The notes beneath the pieces are model-generated. The model saw only the letters and a program-made list of their open reading frames with translations. It did not search any database and was not told the DNA's origin. 40,293 nucleotides of DNA from Acutalibacteraceae bacterium (GTDB lineage Bacteria > Bacillota > Clostridia > Oscillospirales > Acutalibacteraceae). Both the position numbers and the translations under genes were made by a program. Shown here in pieces: positions 24,399 to 33,600 of this stretch. Position 1 is the stretch's first letter, and each line of letters starts with the position of its first letter. The stretch is taken from contig JAZUOR010000124.1 in assembly GCA_045604745.1 (NCBI GenBank), positions 1 to 40,293 of the forward strand, read 5' to 3'.

Positions 24399-26015
24399 AT
24401 GATTTCTATTTTCATCTACACCCACAATCGTCATATTCCTGAGAATGCGTTCACCGCAAATATCACTCTTCCGGCTGAAGCCATCCTCATCGAGGACGCT
24501 CTGAGCCGTGCAAGATACAAGGACAACGGTCAGAGCAGCATCAGCATCGGCGAGTGCATTGCCCTCCCTGAACTGGAGGGAATGAACATTTCCTTCGCCA
24601 ATATTGACGAGCTGAATTTCCTCGCAGGTCGTCTGTCCGGACTCTCCAGACCGCAGCTTGCTGCTTTCGGTGCGATCCTCGGACGCGAGGAATTCAAGAA
24701 CGGATCCTCCATCCGTGACCTCATCAACATCAGCTACGGCTTGGATGATATTCACGTATGGGCTGTTGGCAGCGACGAGGAATACGGTCGAATGGTTGTT
24801 GAAAACAATCTGCTGGAGGATCTTGAAAACATTCCCGATTCTGCGCTCGGATATCTTGATTATGCCAAGATCGGAGAATCCGTGCGTACTGCCGAGGGCG
24901 GTGAATTCAGGAACGGTATGTATGTTGTCACCCCTCATTTTGAAATGCCTGATATTTACGACGGCATCGATCTGCCCGAAGAAAACAACGACCACACCGT
25001 GTTCAGGCTGTGCGATTCCGACCGTGAGGAAGATGACGAAACCATTCTGAATCTTCCCTGTGATCCGCAGATGCTTGACGATGTGGAGGGCGAACTTGAC
25101 ATCGTGAGTGCATTCCCCTGTATCGATCCCAACGACTTCGACGATACCTTCACACTTGAAGATCTCAACGCTCTGGCGGAGCGCATTTCCGAGCTATCGG
25201 AGGATGACCGCATCAAACTTCGCGCCGTGTGTTCGGCTCACGCACCGCATAGCTGCGAGGATGTTCTCGACAGCATTTCTTCTCTGGACGAATATCAGCT
25301 TGACAGCAGCATATCCTACGCTGATGATTTTGCAAAGGTATACCTTGCCGCAAATCTTCCGGAGGACTTTGACACCAGCCTTCTTGACAGCCTTGGACTT
25401 TATGGCTTCGGAACACAGCTGATGAACCGTCTGAATGCAAGCTCCACGCCATACGGTATTCTGTCTGCCAAGGGCGGTCTGCTCACCGAGGTAGTCAAAG
25501 CCGAGGGCATCGTTGCTGAAGATCCGGACATAACCGTTGAGCTTTCCGATGACGAATCAGAGGAAAGCGAAAATGTGACTGTCTCTGAGCCGGAGGACTC
25601 CATAGAACAGGAACCTCCCTCGGAGCTGGATCAGAACACAGATGCCGGTGGCGGCGACACCGGAACAGAACAGGATCTGACCGCTGAACGGCTCGATGTC
25701 GTCGAGGTGTTCGGTCAGACCGCTCTCTTCTCCAATGCAAGAATTCTCGAATCCCAGCTCCCGGAGGGTCTCTACAAGTACGATCTCCGACAGGGCGGTG
25801 AGATGGCTTTCGCCAGCATGGAAAAGGTTGTCGGTGTTGACCACGCCGGAACGCTGATCTCCTCGCAGCCCTTTGACTTCGCAGATGACAGCTGTATCCC
25901 CTTCGACGAGGACTCGTCTCCCAACTTCCTCGGCTACGACATGAGCCTCGAAGAATACATGAACGCTTCCTTCGAGCAGTCTGAAAGTCAGGATGCAGGG
26001 GGTATCTCGATGTGA
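24399..26015 (+). CDS. ArdA-like antirestriction domain fused to a long, very acidic C-terminal extension (polyvalent-type ICE protein)
   Basis: The segment SDEEYGRMVVENNLLEDLENIPDSALGYLDYAKIGESVRTAEGGEFRNGMYVV parallels the ArdA C-terminal pattern (..Y.IEE.G.LGE.P..L..YIDY...GRD....G.F...G). The rest is D/E-rich. RBS is AAGGAG. Confidence 0.6.
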   Translation: MISIFIYTHNRHIPENAFTANITLPAEAILIEDALSRARYKDNGQSSISIGECIALPELEGMNISFANIDELNFLAGRLSGLSRPQLAAFGAILGREEFKNGSSIRDLINISYGLDDIHVWAVGSDEEYGRMVVENNLLEDLENIPDSALGYLDYAKIGESVRTAEGGEFRNGMYVVTPHFEMPDIYDGIDLPEENNDHTVFRLCDSDREEDDETILNLPCDPQMLDDVEGELDIVSAFPCIDPNDFDDTFTLEDLNALAERISELSEDDRIKLRAVCSAHAPHSCEDVLDSISSLDEYQLDSSISYADDFAKVYLAANLPEDFDTSLLDSLGLYGFGTQLMNRLNASSTPYGILSAKGGLLTEVVKAEGIVAEDPDITVELSDDESEESENVTVSEPEDSIEQEPPSELDQNTDAGGGDTGTEQDLTAERLDVVEVFGQTALFSNARILESQLPEGLYKYDLRQGGEMAFASMEKVVGVDHAGTLISSQPFDFADDSCIPFDEDSSPNFLGYDMSLEEYMNASFEQSESQDAGGISM

Positions 26016-26605
26016 TTACACAGATATCTACCGATGATCTCCGCAAAATGAAAGGCAGTGAGGGACTGATCATTCAGGGCTGCGGAGGTGACCTGAACCA
26101 ATGGGTCGACGGAATAAATGACCTATTGACCAAAGCCGGAATACTGCCGGACGGGAAGACATTTACCGATGCATCGCAGTTTTCCAATGACGGCGTGACC
26201 TGTCTGCTGTTCAAGTTTACCGATGACCTGAAGCATCTTGATGTGGGTAAGCTGGCAATATGGCGTCTGCAGACCCACGAAGCTTTCGGAGGCACATGGC
26301 TTTCCGATTATGTCCCTAACCGCCTTGGAGGATTCATATCAAATCCTTCCGGAGCAGAAAGAAAAAAGCCCGATTGTGAGCTGATCGGGAAAGACGGCAA
26401 CATCTTTAATCTCGTTGGAATTGCGGCAAGAACCCTGAATCGCAACGGGATGTCTGATGAAGCCAAAGAGATGTCATCCAGAGTGTTTGCGTCGGGAGAC
26501 TATAACGAAGCTCTCTGTATCATCGGTGAATATGTCAACATTGTCGGCTCGGACGTGAACTTCGACGAGGACTTCGGCGGAGATCTCAATCCCATGACGA
26601 TGTAA
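26012..26605 (+). CDS. hypothetical ICE protein (unknown function)
   Basis: 197-aa ORF with coding-like composition. Its GTG start overlaps the stop of the upstream gene (ATGTGA), suggesting coupling. Confidence 0.6.
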   Translation: MITQISTDDLRKMKGSEGLIIQGCGGDLNQWVDGINDLLTKAGILPDGKTFTDASQFSNDGVTCLLFKFTDDLKHLDVGKLAIWRLQTHEAFGGTWLSDYVPNRLGGFISNPSGAERKKPDCELIGKDGNIFNLVGIAARTLNRNGMSDEAKEMSSRVFASGDYNEALCIIGEYVNIVGSDVNFDEDFGGDLNPMTM

Positions 26606-26798
26606 TAAAAATCAAACCGGTATCAGTCGTTCTGCGGAATGAATGATGCCGACTTTTTTGCATATTTTTTCAAATCAAAAAGCTACTGCAAAAATCCGAG
26701 AGGAAGGCCGCGCTTATTGCCGACTCGAAGGATTTTTGTTAGTAGTCTTATTTGAAGAATTATGTTTTCCGCTGGACGATTGATGCCAACGGAGGTGA

Positions 26799-27794
26799 AT
26801 GCCTGTAGAAATACCCTACCAACCCCTTGACAGCCCGGTAACATGGGTGGGCAGTAAAAAGAAACTTCGCGCCATTCTCTATGCTGTGTTCCCTGCGGGT
26901 TACAGCAGGTATATTGAGGTCTTTGGCGGCAGCGGAAATGTTCTGCTCGGAAAACCACCGGATTGCTTTGAAGTATACAACGACTTCAACGGCGATCTTG
27001 TCAATCTCTTCCGATGCATCCGCGACCGTCCGATGGCTCTGTTAAGCAATCTCGGCTTCCTTAATCTCAACTCAAGGGATGACTTCAAGGTGCTTCGCAA
27101 ATTCTTCAAGCAAGAGGAATTTCACGATGATTTCCTTGAAGAAGAACTTGAACTGACACGACTGATGCTTCCGGAGTGCAGTGCACAGGAGATAATAGAG
27201 CTGAGAAACACAAAAGCCAAAGACTTTGATGTACGCAGAGCTTCCATGTATCTGCGTCTGATCCGCACCAGCTACTCCAGCATGGGCAAAAGCTTTGCAA
27301 GCCAGCCGTTTCATGTCGGAAAGCTGAAATCCCTGATATGGGATGCATACCGCAGGCTCGAAACGATTGTGATTGAAAACCAGCACTTCGCTGTGCTCAT
27401 AAAGCATTATGATCGCAGGGGTGCTTTTTTCTATTGTGATCCGCCGTACCTCAACACAGAAACGATGTATGACGCTATGTTCAACTGGGATGACCATCTT
27501 GCCTTGCGAAAACTCGCCGGGGACTGCAAGGGGTATTTCCTGATATCGTACAACGACTGTCCGGAAATACGCAATCTGTATTACGGCTTCTGGTTCTTCG
27601 ATTTCAAGAGAGCGCATTGCATGGCACAGAGAACAGACCCCGGAAAGGAATTTCCGGAGCTGCTCATCGCCAACTACGATATGTTCGCTCCGCATCGGGA
27701 AAAGCCTACGCAGACCACCTTGTTTGAAGATGACAAGGAACTTTCTGAAGAAGAAATAAACCAAATCATAAAGGAGTGTATTATCAATGGATAA
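26799..27794 (+). CDS. orphan N6-adenine DNA methyltransferase, Dam/D12 class
   Basis: VTWVGSKKKL (Dam N-terminal motif), EVFGGSGNV (SAM-binding FxGxG) and FFYCDPPY (catalytic DPPY) are present. No adjacent restriction endonuclease gene. Confidence 0.85.
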   Translation: MPVEIPYQPLDSPVTWVGSKKKLRAILYAVFPAGYSRYIEVFGGSGNVLLGKPPDCFEVYNDFNGDLVNLFRCIRDRPMALLSNLGFLNLNSRDDFKVLRKFFKQEEFHDDFLEEELELTRLMLPECSAQEIIELRNTKAKDFDVRRASMYLRLIRTSYSSMGKSFASQPFHVGKLKSLIWDAYRRLETIVIENQHFAVLIKHYDRRGAFFYCDPPYLNTETMYDAMFNWDDHLALRKLAGDCKGYFLISYNDCPEIRNLYYGFWFFDFKRAHCMAQRTDPGKEFPELLIANYDMFAPHREKPTQTTLFEDDKELSEEEINQIIKECIING

Positions 27795-28005
27795 CAGATG
27801 CTTTCTCATCCCCGTCCCCGATTACATTATCGCCGAGTCCGGTGTAAACCTTGCCGACATCACGGAGGTGTTTGCCGAAGAAGGCATGGTGATTATCAGA
27901 AATCCCGTACCGGAGAGCATCGACGAATGCGGCTATTCCGATCATCGCTGCGGCAATAATCACGAAAGCTGCTGCCGCCATTGCTGCGAAAGAAAGAGAG
28001 GCTGA
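27787..28005 (+). CDS. small protein with an AbrB/SpoVT-like N-terminal half and a Cys/His-rich tail
   Basis: 72 aa. IPVPDYIIAESGVNLADITEVFAEEGMVIIRN resembles a swapped-hairpin strand pattern. The tail is DECGYSDHRCGNNHESCCRHCCERKRG. Its start overlaps the end of the methylase gene. Confidence 0.45.
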   Translation: MDNRCFLIPVPDYIIAESGVNLADITEVFAEEGMVIIRNPVPESIDECGYSDHRCGNNHESCCRHCCERKRG

Positions 28006-28007
28006 CT

Positions 28008-28292
28008 ATGAACAGCAAGCATTTCAGAATCCTTGGTGACTGTGGAAGAACAACCATTCCTCTTGCGCTGCGGATCAGCATGAATCTTTCCAGCAACGAC
28101 ATTTTGAGCTTTCGTCAGAACGGCGATGAGATCATCGTCCGTAAAGAAAGGCTCTGTGACAATTGCGGCGAAGCAAATAAGCGTCCCGCAGTAAACAATA
28201 ACCTGTTCGCTATGCTGGATAGTCTCTCTCCGGAGCAGCAGTTCAACGCTCTGACTCATCTGTCCCTCAAGTGGGCTGAACACAATCAGTGA
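28008..28292 (+). CDS. AbrB/MazE/SpoVT-family DNA-binding protein
   Basis: RILGDCGRTTIPLALRISMNLSSNDILSFRQNGDEIIVRKE is a typical SpoVT-AbrB domain. The ATG at 28008 follows AGAGAGG, 2 nt after the previous stop. Confidence 0.7.
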   Translation: MNSKHFRILGDCGRTTIPLALRISMNLSSNDILSFRQNGDEIIVRKERLCDNCGEANKRPAVNNNLFAMLDSLSPEQQFNALTHLSLKWAEHNQ

Positions 28293-28387
28293 TGCAGCAC
28301 AGCGAAAACTCACAACTCAAGTAAAGGAAGTGACCGTGTGCCTCGATCTCCCCCTGAAAATATAATACACAACCGAACACTTTCCCA

Positions 28388-28418
28388 AGCCCGACCCGAA
28401 AAAGGTCGGGCTTTTTTT
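28388..28418 (+). terminator. rho-independent terminator
   Basis: AGCCCGACC-CGAAAAA-GGTCGGGCT followed by TTTTTTT. Confidence 0.85.
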
Positions 28419-28472
28419 GCGCCCATTTTCCAAAATCAACAACAAAAAATATAAAATTTGGAGGAATTCAAA

Positions 28473-29297
28473 ATGAAAAATAAGACCCGTATCACTTCTC
28501 TCGTTCTCGCTCTCATCATGCTCGTCAGCGTGTTCGTTCCGACGATGTCTGCCAGCGCAGCCAACCTCTATACCTCGCAGGCTCGTGAGGGAACATATAT
28601 CGTAGCCAATATGAGCGAGTACAGCTGCGGTGTTCAGGTTCGTACCACTTCCAGCTACAATTACGGCAGCAAGATCGGTACTATCTATCCTGATATGGCT
28701 TACAAGTATCTGAATGTGACCGAAACCGATGAACACGGCAGAGACTGGTTCAAAATCCAGTACAGCACCGGTAAAACCGGCTGGGTATGCGACACCTATA
28801 CCCACAAGGTCACCGTCCATTCCAGAAACAAGGTGCTCACCACCGGCAGCCAGATCAACATGAGAAAAGGCCCGGGAACCAGCTACGCAACTTACGGTCT
28901 CAGCTACGCCAATACCTACTACTCCATCATTGGCTGTGCTGGCGAGGGCTTTACCATCAACGGAACAAAATGGTATCAGGTCATGGATAACAACAATCGC
29001 GTGTTCTGGTTCAAGGGTACTCTGCTGTCCAAGGTAGAGGTGTACACTACCGTGACCTGTGATGTCGACACCGGAACCTATTTTACTCGCACTTACAATT
29101 TCAAAGCTGCATCCTATGCCCGTACCGGTCCGAGTACCTCTAACAGCAAGGTTCGCAGCACCACCTTTAACACCAAAGCGATCATAGACATCACCAGCGT
29201 AAAGCTCAACACCAAAGGCGAATTGTGGTACGGCGTTCAGATCCGTGACGGCGGCAAGCTGTATAACGGATATGTGCTTGGTTCGCTGCTGAAATAA
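28473..29297 (+). CDS. secreted protein with tandem bacterial SH3-like domains
   Basis: Signal peptide MKNKTRITSLVLALIMLVSVFVPTMSASA. Repeated patterns of the type ..V.VRT..S....KIGTIYPD..Y......E.GRDWFKIQYSTGKTGWV and ..INMRKGPGTSY.....Y.....I.G.....TINGTKWYQV are SH3b-like. Confidence 0.65.
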   Translation: MKNKTRITSLVLALIMLVSVFVPTMSASAANLYTSQAREGTYIVANMSEYSCGVQVRTTSSYNYGSKIGTIYPDMAYKYLNVTETDEHGRDWFKIQYSTGKTGWVCDTYTHKVTVHSRNKVLTTGSQINMRKGPGTSYATYGLSYANTYYSIIGCAGEGFTINGTKWYQVMDNNNRVFWFKGTLLSKVEVYTTVTCDVDTGTYFTRTYNFKAASYARTGPSTSNSKVRSTTFNTKAIIDITSVKLNTKGELWYGVQIRDGGKLYNGYVLGSLLK

Positions 29298-29349
29298 TCT
29301 CTCCGCAAAAATCCAATCCCAATATCCTACAAGCAAGGGGGTGATAAGA

Positions 29350-29739
29350 ATGCCCATCAAACCCAAAGCCAAAGAAAACACCAACCAGACCACTCCCGCA
29401 ATCCCCACCATCGAAACCCGCATCGACAAGCTGGTGGATGATCCCGGCAGCAAGATCAAAGCCTTTGCCAGCGTGACAATCGGCGGTATGTTCGCCGTCC
29501 ATGGACTCAAGGTCATGGATTCCGCAAAGGGAATGTTCGTATCCATGCCCTACAATTCCTATAAGGACGCACAGGGAGAAACCAAGTACCAGGATGTCTT
29601 CCACGCCGTTACCGCAGAATCCCGTCAGGCAATCATCGATTCGGTGTCTCAGGCTTACGAGCAGGCGCTCTCCCAGAGCCAGACCGAGAGCAGTGAGATA
29701 GCCGCAGCACAGGAAAATTCCGCTGAGCAGAATATGTAA
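29350..29739 (+). CDS. SpoVG-family nucleic-acid-binding protein homologue
   Basis: IKAFASVTIGGMFAVHGLKVMDSAKGMFVSMPYNSYKDAQGETKYQDVFHAVTAESRQAIIDSVSQAYEQAL parallels the SpoVG core (..A.VSIT.D..FVVHDIKVI.G..GLFIAMPSRK...GE.RDIAHPI..E.R..I...V..AY). Confidence 0.7.
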   Translation: MPIKPKAKENTNQTTPAIPTIETRIDKLVDDPGSKIKAFASVTIGGMFAVHGLKVMDSAKGMFVSMPYNSYKDAQGETKYQDVFHAVTAESRQAIIDSVSQAYEQALSQSQTESSEIAAAQENSAEQNM

Positions 29740-29825
29740 CTACTTCGTTAATTCTTCAAGTTTGGTATAGACTTGTCAGCCTTTAATGGTATTGTTGAAT
29801 TAGATAACGAAAGGAGGCTTCAGCC

Positions 29826-30611
29826 ATGAAAACAGCAAAACTCATTGCGGTGTTCCTATGCGGAGTAATATTGATGGGTGCCATGTCCTGTGCCAGATCA
29901 GCTTGTATGACGCGTCCGGATATCGGAACAGACACCCCATCGGAATCCGATGTCGTATCGCACACCGATCCGCCGATAGAATCATCAACCGATGTTCCAC
30001 CGGCTTCGACCGAGCCTGCAGCATCTCCAACAGATGCATCGGCACCCGAAATTACTGAGCCGACTTCCTCTTCTACCGCAGCTGCAACAACATCAGTCAC
30101 AACTGCGGCGACAACCTCTACGGCGGCAAAGAAAACCACATCAACCTCGACAAGAGCTACGACAACTTCTACAAGGGCTACAACGGCTAAAACTACCTCA
30201 AAGCCTACAACAGCCAAAACAACCGTATCGACGACAAAGACTACTACGACCACTACCACAAAGGTGACCACCCGAACCACGACTACGACCACAACGGCAA
30301 AACCCACTACAACTACAAAACCGACCACAACAGCGAAGCCAACCACTACGACAACCGCTGCCCCGGCTTTCGATATCAGCAGGCTGTCCTCATACGCCAA
30401 AAGCTATGGTCAGAGCATTGGCATGACATATGACAGCGGCGTGAGCAGCTTCGACACTCCGCTGATACTGTCGGCAGCCACCACACAGCCGGAAAAACGA
30501 ATCCGTGACCGGCTTGACGGCTACGCAGCGAACGGTTACACACGCTTCAAGGTCTTGACGGAGCAGCGTGAATCGGACGGAAAATGGAAGCTCTACATCG
30601 CATACGGTTAA
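29826..30611 (+). CDS. secreted or possibly lipid-anchored protein with a long Thr/Pro/Ala-rich linker and a small C-terminal globular domain
   Basis: Hydrophobic N-terminal signal with Cys residues (LCGVILMGAMSCARSAC). About 100 aa of T-rich low complexity. RBS is AAAGGAGG. Confidence 0.65.
   Translation: MKTAKLIAVFLCGVILMGAMSCARSACMTRPDIGTDTPSESDVVSHTDPPIESSTDVPPASTEPAASPTDASAPEITEPTSSSTAAATTSVTTAATTSTAAKKTTSTSTRATTTSTRATTAKTTSKPTTAKTTVSTTKTTTTTTTKVTTRTTTTTTTAKPTTTTKPTTTAKPTTTTTAAPAFDISRLSSYAKSYGQSIGMTYDSGVSSFDTPLILSAATTQPEKRIRDRLDGYAANGYTRFKVLTEQRESDGKWKLYIAYG
30063..30365 (+). repeat. coding low-complexity Thr-rich tract (imperfect AKPTTTT/TTTT units)
   Basis: The translation reads TSSSTAAATTSVTTAATTSTAAKKTTSTSTRATTTSTRATTAKTTSKPTTAKTTVSTTKTTTTTTTKVTTRTTTTTTTAKPTTTTKPTTTAKPTTTTTAAP. 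Confidence 0.8.
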
Positions 30612-30685
30612 TACTCGAATCAACTCAAATCAGCGTCGCAGGACATCCTCCTGCGGCGCTGAACTCATTTCAGGAGGTATTCTTA

Positions 30686-33600
30686 ATGAAATCGCATTCC
30701 TTCATGTTCAGAAAAATAATTGCAATGCTCCTGCTGGCTGTCATGTTCTGCTCCTCGGCAGCACAGGTGTTCGCAGCCACGCAGGTATCCATCAACTGTG
30801 TCAACCTTCCGAGAGGTGACGATCCCAACAAATCCAATTGGGGACACGGTAAACTCACCCTCATGAACGGAGTCACATACAACTCCACAGACAAATTCGT
30901 TGCCAAAGGCGTCAATTCCTACACCGGCAAGGTGGCATACTGTGTCGAGCCGGGCAAGGTTCTTCAGGACGGCGACGGCCTTGTAAAGGACGAAAACTTT
31001 TGGGAAAACCTTGAGGACAACAAGACCATAAACGCAAGCACCATCCAGATGTACATCAGCCGTATCATGTACTACGGATATTCCGGCAAGCTGGATGTGC
31101 TGTGGTCATCCAAGAATTCTGCCGATGCCAACGAGATGGGCAATATGATCGCCACGCAGATCCTCATATGGGAAACCCTTGTCGGTGAGCGTGACAGCAA
31201 GTTCAACAAGGTTGATGCCTCAAAATATGGCTGCAACAATATCCTTGATACCATCGCAGCCAACCACCCCCTCCGCAGCCAGATCATGAGCAACTACAAC
31301 CGCATTGTCAGCTCGGTTCAGTCCCATTCGGCTCTGCCCAGCTTCATGTCATCCAGCAGCAGTACGGCTGAAAGTGTCGAGCTGACATACGACAGCAGCT
31401 CCGGTAAGTACAAGGCTGTGCTTACCGACAGCAATAATGTGCTGTCAAAGTTTTCCTTTTCTTCCTCTGATCCGGGCATTTCTTTTTCCGCAAGCGGAAA
31501 CAAGCTGACCATCACATCAAACTCCGCTCCGTCCGGAAAGGTCAGCATCAGCGCAACCAAATCCAACTGCACCACCGTCGGCATGATCATCTGGTCAGCA
31601 GGCGGCGTCCAGAGCGTTGTTACCTACGGTGAGGAAATCGAAGATCCTGTTGTGGCTCATATGTCCATTGCGGTCAGCGCAGGTACACTCCGGATCGTCA
31701 AGACCTCCGAGGACGGCAATGTTGCCGGAATCGAATTCACCATCACAGGTGATAACTTCTCCAAGACCGTCAAGACCGGCTCTGACGGTACAATTGCCAT
31801 TGACAACCTTGCAGCCGGTGTTTACACGGTGACCGAAAAAGACATCGACGGGTACGCACCGCAGAGCGCACAGCGCATCACCGTTGTGAGCGGTCAGACC
31901 GCTACCGTTACCTTTGACAATACCCTCCGCCGTGGATCTGTAGAGGTGGTCAAGGAAAGCGAGGACGGCAGAGTAAGCGGCGTAAAGTTCCGACTGTACG
32001 GCACTTCTCTGAGCGGTACTGCCGTTGACCTTACTGCGGTTACCGATGACAAGGGTGTTGCTAAATTTGATAATGTCCTCATCTCCGGTGACAAGCCGTA
32101 TACCATCGAGGAAACCGGAATATCGTCAAAATATGTGATCCCCAAGGCACTGAATGTGACCGTCAAATGGAACGAAACCTCGAAGGTCACCTTTGAAAAC
32201 AAGCTTCGTAAATTCTGTGTTACCGTAACCAAGTCGGACAGCGAAACCGGCACGGCACAGGGCAACGCAAACCTTGCCGGTGCTGTATATGGACTGTATC
32301 TCAACGGAGAGCTGGTGGAAAGCTGCACCACCGACAAGGACGGTAAGTTCACCACCGGATATCATCCCTGCGGCGATGGCTGGACTATCCGTGAGATCAG
32401 CCCCTCCGAGGGATATATGCTGGACAAGACGGTCTACACCGTGGACGGTTCGACCAGCGGTACGACCAATGTGGAGCTGAATAATGCTCCGTCCATTTCT
32501 GTAAAAGAGCAGATCATCAAGGGTGACCTCTCCATCATCAAGCACACCGATGACGGCTCCACACAGATAGAAACCCCGGAAGTCGGTGCCACCTTTGAGG
32601 TATTTCTCACCTCTTCCGGCAGCTATGACGCTGCAAAGGAATCGGAACGCGATCTGCTGGTGTGTGACGAAAACGGCTTTGCTCTTTCCAAGAAGCTGCC
32701 CTACGGAACATACACCGTAAAGCAGACCAAGGGCTGGGATGGTCGTGAGCTGATGAAGCCCTTTGAAACACAGATCTCCGCCAACGGCGAAACCGTTCGT
32801 TACATCATCAACAACGCACAGTTCGAGGCATACCTCAAGGTTGTAAAGGTAGATGCCGAAACCGGAAAAGCCATTCCGTATGCCGGAGCCGGATTCCAGA
32901 TTCTGGACTCCAGCGGCAAGCCGGTTACCATGAGCTACACCTATCCCACCGTTACAACCGCCGACACCTTCTACACCAATTCCGATGGCAGTCTTGTTAC
33001 TCCGGAGAAGCTTCCGCAGGGCAAATACAGCCTTCTGGAGGTTCAGGCTCCTCACGGCTATGTTCTCAATTCCGAGCCGGTGAGCTTCGTGATTGATGCC
33101 GAACACGCCTCCGATGACGGCGGCGTCACCGTAGTAAAGATCATCAAGGAAAATATGGCACAGAAAGCCACCATCGTCATTACCAAGACCGGTGAGTCCT
33201 TTTCCAGCGTGACCGCAAAGAGCCATGCAGAGGAAAAAGAAGGAGAAACGACTGTATCCGATACTATCTACACGCCGGTGTATGCCGAAACCGGTCTGCA
33301 GGGTGCGGTGTTTGAAGTCAAGGCAGCTACCGACATCTATACTCCGGACGGCACTCTGAGATATGAAGCCGGAACGGTTGTTGATACCATCACCACAGGC
33401 GCAGACGGCAAGGCTGTTACCAAGGCACTGTACCTCGGCGAATATTTCATCACCGAAACCGAAGCCCCTGACGGATATCTCTGCAGCACGGAGGTTCACA
33501 GCGCAGAGCTGGAATACGCCGGACAGCAGGTGGAAATAACCGAGAAAACCCTGTCATATTTCAATGCCCGACAGAAAGCCACTGCCCGTGTTCTCAAGCA

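Noticed and set aside
27072-27809. 245-aa minus-strand ORF opposite the Dam methylase
   Set aside because: The methylase frame carries FxGxG and DPPY motifs. The antisense ORF has none.
28317-29546. 409-aa minus-strand ORF
   Set aside because: It is antisense to the SH3b and SpoVG-like genes, which have RBSs, a signal peptide and family motifs. The translation is Gly/Val-rich and featureless.
30063-30365. Thr-codon-rich DNA as a possible slipped-strand contingency repeat
   Set aside because: The units are imperfect at the nucleotide level, with mixed ACC/ACA/ACG/ACT and interspersed AAA/CCG/GCT codons, so this is low-complexity coding sequence rather than a true microsatellite.
29783-30400. 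205-aa Val-rich minus-strand ORF
   Set aside because: It is the mirror image of the Thr-rich (ACN) low-complexity tract read on the opposite strand (GTN codons). There is no RBS and no start context.
32126-33499. 457-aa minus-strand ORF inside the adhesin gene
   Set aside because: It is antisense to the repeat-domain adhesin, whose frame is supported by periodic Cna-B-like repeats and a sorting signal. Shadow ORF.
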